Below, piece by piece: positions 59,003 through 64,000 of a stretch of DNA of 64,000 bases. The position numbers and the translations under genes were made by a program. This DNA comes from Escherichia coli (lineage in GTDB: Bacteria; Pseudomonadota; Gammaproteobacteria; Enterobacterales; Enterobacteriaceae). The DNA is taken from NCBI RefSeq assembly GCF_050920415.1, contig NZ_CP169309.1; one strand, 5' to 3'. The notes beneath the pieces were generated by a model. That model was not told the DNA's origin. It did no database searches and was given only the letters and a program-made list of their open reading frames with translations. The stretch's first letter is position 1, and each line of letters opens with the position of its first letter.

Positions 59003-60022
59003 ATGTTGCAGTTTATTCTCCGACGTTTGGGACTCGTCATCCCCACGTTTATCGGTATTACCCTTCTCACATTTGCCTTTGTCCACATGATCCCGGGCGA
59101 TCCGGTGATGATCATGGCGGGCGAACGTGGGATCTCTCCAGAGCGTCACGCGCAATTGCTGGCAGAACTCGGCTTGGATAAACCGATGTGGCAGCAGTAT
59201 CTCCATTACATTTGGGGCGTAATGCACGGTGATTTAGGCATTTCGATGAAAAGCCGAATTCCGGTATGGGAAGAGTTCGTGCCGCGCTTCCAGGCCACGC
59301 TGGAACTTGGCGTCTGCGCGATGATTTTTGCGACCGCGGTCGGTATTCCGGTTGGTGTGCTGGCTGCGGTTAAACGCGGTTCTATTTTCGATCACACGGC
59401 GGTTGGTCTGGCGCTGACCGGCTACTCCATGCCGATCTTCTGGTGGGGCATGATGTTGATCATGCTGGTTTCAGTGCACTGGAACCTGACGCCCGTCTCT
59501 GGTCGCGTGAGCGACATGGTGTTCCTCGATGACTCCAATCCGTTAACCGGTTTTATGCTGATCGACACCGCCATCTGGGGTGAAGACGGCAACTTTATTG
59601 ATGCTGTCGCCCATATGATTTTGCCCGCCATTGTGCTGGGTACTATCCCGCTGGCGGTCATTGTACGTATGACGCGCTCCTCGATGCTGGAAGTGCTGGG
59701 CGAGGATTACATCCGCACCGCGCGTGCCAAAGGGCTGACCCGCCTTAGGGTGATTATCGTCCATGCGCTGCGTAATGCCATGCTGCCGGTGGTGACCGTT
59801 ATCGGCCTGCAGGTGGGAACATTGCTGGCAGGCGCGATTCTGACCGAAACCATCTTCTCGTGGCCCGGTTTGGGGCGCTGGTTGATTGACGCGCTGCAAC
59901 GCCGCGATTATCCGGTAGTGCAGGGAGGCGTATTACTGGTGGCGACGATGATTATCCTCGTCAACCTGCTGGTCGATCTGCTGTACGGCGTGGTGAACCC
60001 GCGTATTCGTCATAAGAAGTAA
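59003..60022 (+). CDS. dppB: Dipeptide ABC transporter permease
   Basis: 339-aa product from MLQFILRRLGL; tool ORF has an upstream extension. Confidence 0.9.
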   Translation: MLQFILRRLGLVIPTFIGITLLTFAFVHMIPGDPVMIMAGERGISPERHAQLLAELGLDKPMWQQYLHYIWGVMHGDLGISMKSRIPVWEEFVPRFQATLELGVCAMIFATAVGIPVGVLAAVKRGSIFDHTAVGLALTGYSMPIFWWGMMLIMLVSVHWNLTPVSGRVSDMVFLDDSNPLTGFMLIDTAIWGEDGNFIDAVAHMILPAIVLGTIPLAVIVRMTRSSMLEVLGEDYIRTARAKGLTRLRVIIVHALRNAMLPVVTVIGLQVGTLLAGAILTETIFSWPGLGRWLIDALQRRDYPVVQGGVLLVATMIILVNLLVDLLYGVVNPRIRHKK

Positions 60023-60031
60023 GGGGACATC

Positions 60032-60934
60032 ATGTCACAGGTTACTGAAAATAAAGTGATTAGCGCACCGGTGCCGATGACCCCGTTACAGGAGTTCTGG
60101 CACTATTTTAAACGCAATAAAGGCGCGGTCATCGGGCTGGTTTACGTCGTCATCGTGCTGTTTATCGCGATCTTTGCCAACTGGATTGCACCCTATAACC
60201 CAGCGGAACAGTTCCGCGATGCACTGCTCGCCCCGCCAGCCTGGCAAGAAGGCGGCAGTATGGCGCACTTGCTGGGCACCGATGACGTAGGTCGTGATGT
60301 GCTGTCGCGGCTGATGTACGGCGCGCGCTTGTCGCTGCTGGTTGGCTGTCTGGTAGTGGTGTTATCGCTGATTATGGGCGTTATTCTCGGCCTGATCGCT
60401 GGTTACTTTGGCGGCCTGGTCGATAACATCATCATGCGCGTGGTCGATATCATGCTGGCGCTGCCAAGTCTACTGCTGGCGCTGGTGCTGGTGGCGATTT
60501 TCGGCCCGTCGATTGGTAACGCCGCGCTGGCGCTAACCTTCGTTGCGCTGCCGCACTATGTGCGCTTAACCCGCGCCGCCGTGCTGGTGGAGGTGAATCG
60601 CGATTACGTCACCGCGTCTCGCGTGGCAGGTGCTGGGGCGATGCGTCAGATGTTTATTAACATCTTCCCGAACTGCCTTGCGCCGCTGATTGTTCAGGCG
60701 TCGCTCGGTTTCTCTAACGCCATTCTCGATATGGCTGCTCTTGGTTTCCTTGGCATGGGAGCGCAGCCGCCAACACCGGAGTGGGGCACCATGCTCTCCG
60801 ATGTGTTGCAGTTCGCGCAAAGCGCCTGGTGGGTCGTAACCTTCCCCGGTCTGGCGATCCTGCTGACGGTGCTGGCATTTAACCTGATGGGTGACGGTCT
60901 GCGTGACGCGCTCGATCCCAAACTGAAGCAGTAA
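60032..60934 (+). CDS. dppC: Dipeptide ABC transporter permease
   Basis: 300 aa; synteny. Confidence 0.9.
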   Translation: MSQVTENKVISAPVPMTPLQEFWHYFKRNKGAVIGLVYVVIVLFIAIFANWIAPYNPAEQFRDALLAPPAWQEGGSMAHLLGTDDVGRDVLSRLMYGARLSLLVGCLVVVLSLIMGVILGLIAGYFGGLVDNIIMRVVDIMLALPSLLLALVLVAIFGPSIGNAALALTFVALPHYVRLTRAAVLVEVNRDYVTASRVAGAGAMRQMFINIFPNCLAPLIVQASLGFSNAILDMAALGFLGMGAQPPTPEWGTMLSDVLQFAQSAWWVVTFPGLAILLTVLAFNLMGDGLRDALDPKLKQ

Positions 60935-60944
60935 GAGGTTCGAG

Positions 60945-61928
60945 ATGGCGTTATTAAATGTAGATAAATTATCGGTGCATTTCGGCGACGAAAGCGCACC
61001 GTTCCGCGCCGTAGACCGTATCAGCTACAGCGTGAAACAAGGCGAAGTGGTCGGAATTGTGGGTGAGTCTGGCTCCGGTAAGTCGGTCAGTTCACTGGCG
61101 ATTATGGGGCTGATTGATTATCCGGGCCGCGTGATGGCAGAAAAGCTGGAGTTTAACGGCCAGGATTTGCAGCGTATCTCGGAAAAAGAGCGCCGCAACC
61201 TGGTGGGTGCCGAAGTGGCGATGATCTTTCAGGACCCGATGACCAGCCTCAACCCGTGTTACACCGTAGGTTTCCAGATTATGGAAGCAATTAAGGTGCA
61301 TCAGGGCGGTAATAAGAGCACTCGCCGTCAGCGGGCGATTGATCTGCTGAATCAGGTCGGTATTCCCGATCCGGCATCGCGTCTGGATGTTTACCCACAT
61401 CAGCTTTCTGGCGGCATGAGCCAGCGTGTGATGATCGCCATGGCGATTGCCTGTCGGCCAAAACTGCTGATTGCTGATGAGCCGACCACCGCGCTGGACG
61501 TGACCATTCAGGCACAAATCATCGAACTGCTGCTGGAGCTGCAGCAGAAAGAGAACATGGCGCTGGTATTGATTACCCATGACCTGGCGCTGGTGGCGGA
61601 AGCGGCGCATAAAATCATCGTCATGTATGCCGGTCAGGTGGTGGAAACGGGCGATGCGCACTCTATCTTTCATGCGCCGCGTCATCCGTATACTCAGGCA
61701 TTGCTGCGTGCGCTGCCGGAATTTGCTCAGGACAAAGAACGTCTGGCGTCGTTGCCTGGCGTCGTTCCTGGCAAATACGACCGTCCGAATGGCTGCCTGC
61801 TTAACCCGCGTTGCCCCTATGCCACTGACAGATGCCGCGCTGAAGAACCGGCGCTGAATATGCTCGCTGACGGGCGTCAGTCCAAATGCCATTACCCACT
61901 TGATGATGCCGGGAGGCCGACACTATGA
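60945..61928 (+). CDS. dppD: Dipeptide ABC transporter ATP-binding protein
   Basis: 327 aa; Walker A GESGSGKS. Confidence 0.9.
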   Translation: MALLNVDKLSVHFGDESAPFRAVDRISYSVKQGEVVGIVGESGSGKSVSSLAIMGLIDYPGRVMAEKLEFNGQDLQRISEKERRNLVGAEVAMIFQDPMTSLNPCYTVGFQIMEAIKVHQGGNKSTRRQRAIDLLNQVGIPDPASRLDVYPHQLSGGMSQRVMIAMAIACRPKLLIADEPTTALDVTIQAQIIELLLELQQKENMALVLITHDLALVAEAAHKIIVMYAGQVVETGDAHSIFHAPRHPYTQALLRALPEFAQDKERLASLPGVVPGKYDRPNGCLLNPRCPYATDRCRAEEPALNMLADGRQSKCHYPLDDAGRPTL

Positions 61929-62929
61929 GTACGCATGAGGCCACCTCGCAACAACCGCTGTTGCAGGCTATCGACCTGAAAAAACATTATCCGGTGAAGA
62001 AAGGCATGTTCGCGCCGGAACGTCTGGTTAAAGCGCTGGACGGCGTTTCGTTCAACCTTGAACGTGGCAAAACGCTGGCGGTAGTAGGTGAATCTGGCTG
62101 CGGTAAATCGACCCTCGGTCGGCTGCTGACGATGATCGAAACACCTACCGGCGGCGAACTGTATTACCAGGGGCAGGATCTGCTCAAGCACGATCCGCAG
62201 GCGCAGAAGTTGCGTCGACAGAAAATCCAGATCGTCTTCCAGAATCCCTATGGCTCGCTGAATCCGCGTAAAAAAGTCGGGCAAATTCTCGAAGAGCCGC
62301 TGCTGATCAACACCGGTTTAAGCAAAGAACAGCGTCGGGAAAAAGCGTTGTCGATGATGGCGAAAGTCGGCCTGAAAACCGAGCATTACGATCGCTATCC
62401 GCACATGTTCTCCGGCGGTCAGCGTCAGCGTATCGCCATCGCCCGTGGTCTGATGCTCGACCCGGATGTGGTGATTGCCGATGAACCGGTTTCCGCGCTG
62501 GACGTTTCAGTGCGTGCGCAGGTGCTGAATCTGATGATGGATTTGCAGCAGGAGTTGGGGCTGTCTTATGTCTTTATCTCGCACGACCTGTCGGTGGTGG
62601 AGCACATTGCTGATGAAGTGATGGTGATGTACCTGGGCCGCTGCGTGGAGAAGGGAACGAAGGAGCAAATCTTCAATAACCCGCGTCATCCGTACACCCA
62701 GGCGCTACTCTCCGCGACGCCGCGCCTGAACCCGGACGATCGCCGCGAGCGCATCAAGCTCACCGGTGAACTGCCAAGCCCGCTCAATCCACCGCCGGGC
62801 TGCGCGTTTAACGCCCGCTGTCGTCGGCGCTTCGGCCCCTGCACCCAGTTGCAGCCGCAGCTAAAAGACTACGGCGGTCAACTGGTAGCTTGTTTTGCTG
62901 TTGATCAGGATGAAAATCCGCAGCGGTAA
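61925..62929 (+). CDS. dppF: Dipeptide ABC transporter ATP-binding protein
   Basis: 334 aa; Walker [10 protein letters not shown]; overlaps dppD stop by 4 nt. Confidence 0.9.
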   Translation: MSTHEATSQQPLLQAIDLKKHYPVKKGMFAPERLVKALDGVSFNLERGKTLAVVGESGCGKSTLGRLLTMIETPTGGELYYQGQDLLKHDPQAQKLRRQKIQIVFQNPYGSLNPRKKVGQILEEPLLINTGLSKEQRREKALSMMAKVGLKTEHYDRYPHMFSGGQRQRIAIARGLMLDPDVVIADEPVSALDVSVRAQVLNLMMDLQQELGLSYVFISHDLSVVEHIADEVMVMYLGRCVEKGTKEQIFNNPRHPYTQALLSATPRLNPDDRRERIKLTGELPSPLNPPPGCAFNARCRRRFGPCTQLQPQLKDYGGQLVACFAVDQDENPQR

Positions 62930-62958
62930 CTCACAAAACCGGGGCCATGCGCTCCGGT

Positions 62959-64000
62959 TTACTCAATCAGCTTCAACAGTGGCGACAAGCATAACAAAAT
63001 GCCGTACAGCAGAATCATCCAGGCTTTAAACCCGCGAAGTTTTTCCAGTTGTGAGACTTTATAGATCAGGAAAAATGGAATGAGGCACGACACAATGCCA
63101 TATAACGGGCTTCCCAACTGAAAGAACACCAGCACCGATACACGAAACGAAACCCAAATCGTCAACGTAATGACGATAAAAGCGCAGATCGCCAGAGTCA
63201 GCATGCGTGAGTTAATTTTCTGGGTATCAATAATTCGGCTTAACAGATTGAGAATAATGCCTTTAATGGCCTCGTGGAAACCGAGATAAATGCCAAAGAA
63301 TGCGGTCAGTACGGCAAAGATATTCAGCACCGTAGAGGTGATATGAATGATATGCCCAGGGATCACCTGCGCGGCCAGTGCCAGTGCCGAGATATTTTGT
63401 TCAAAGGCAGAAACGGCTTCTTCGTGGCTAATTGAGAAGGTAAACGAAAAGGCAAAAAACAGGATCACCGCGATGAGCGTGACATAACTAATTCGGTGGG
63501 TACGCAGCGCGAGCCGGGTTGCCAGTACTTTATCCGCTTCCCGTTTACGATAGGCAATATTCATTGGGTTAAGTACCTGAATAAATACCGCAGAAAAGAA
63601 GCAAAAGGGAATGGTAAGCAGGACATCGCGGAAAAAGACGGAGGCTTGCGGGAAGGCGGTTATATTGGCGAAATTCCAGTGCGGGATCATCGCAAAACCG
63701 AACACGACGATAATCCCTACTTTGACCACCACCATTGGCCCGGAAATCTTAAACAGTAATCGTTCACCACCAGACGCAATTGCCACCAGTACGGCGAAAA
63801 TGGCGACTTTATAAAGTAGAGATTGTGAAAGATCGGCATCGGTTAAACCGAAGGTTTTCAGGTACGAGGCGCTGTCGAAAACCACGGAGAGAGAGTAGAT
63901 AAAAATCCCGTGGATAATCATCAAAAAGTAGATAACCCCGAGGAAAATTCCCCAGTTCTTCCCCAGGTAATGACTGATAATATCGGTGTAGTCATTACAG
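62959..64000 (-). CDS. yhjV: Amino acid permease-like inner membrane transporter, partial (N-terminus outside window)
   Basis: Hydrophobic ORF running out of the window on the minus strand; synteny after dppF. Confidence 0.7.
   Translation of the reverse strand, partial: CNDYTDIISHYLGKNWGIFLGVIYFLMIIHGIFIYSLSVVFDSASYLKTFGLTDADLSQSLLYKVAIFAVLVAIASGGERLLFKISGPMVVVKVGIIVVFGFAMIPHWNFANITAFPQASVFFRDVLLTIPFCFFSAVFIQVLNPMNIAYRKREADKVLATRLALRTHRISYVTLIAVILFFAFSFTFSISHEEAVSAFEQNISALALAAQVIPGHIIHITSTVLNIFAVLTAFFGIYLGFHEAIKGIILNLLSRIIDTQKINSRMLTLAICAFIVITLTIWVSFRVSVLVFFQLGSPLYGIVSCLIPFFLIYKVSQLEKLRGFKAWMILLYGILLCLSPLLKLIE

Overview
This window is an Escherichia coli chromosomal segment, in reverse orientation relative to the K-12 map as I recall it, running from the 3' end of selB through yiaY-aldB, yiaWVUT, the yiaK-S/lyxK/sgb L-sugar operon, avtA, malS, bax, the xyl locus, glyQS, cspA, bisC, tag, eptB, proK and the dppABCDF operon to a partial yhjV. 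Gene order is conserved, but the strain is not K-12-like at several accessory points. The most notable is a roughly 1.28 kb IS621-type (IS110 family) element inserted into a REP sequence between ysaA and avtA; its left end carries an apparently intact bridge-RNA-like non-coding region with guide segments matching its own target and donor ends, while its recombinase gene is broken by two single-base homopolymer frameshifts. Other accessory features are a complete IS2 with a 5-bp target duplication just upstream of bax; a three-gene island (AraC-type regulator, GPH symporter, GH127-like glycosidase) between sgbE and yiaT; a HicA/HicB-like toxin-antitoxin pair plus a small membrane protein between aldB and yiaW; a hokA locus with no IS150 next to it; an in-frame amber stop in yiaO; and two tandem units downstream of proK that each end in a copy of the tRNA-Pro 3' end. 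No CRISPR array, rRNA or prophage structural genes were seen. All comparisons to K-12 and to published IS621 are from memory, not from a database search.
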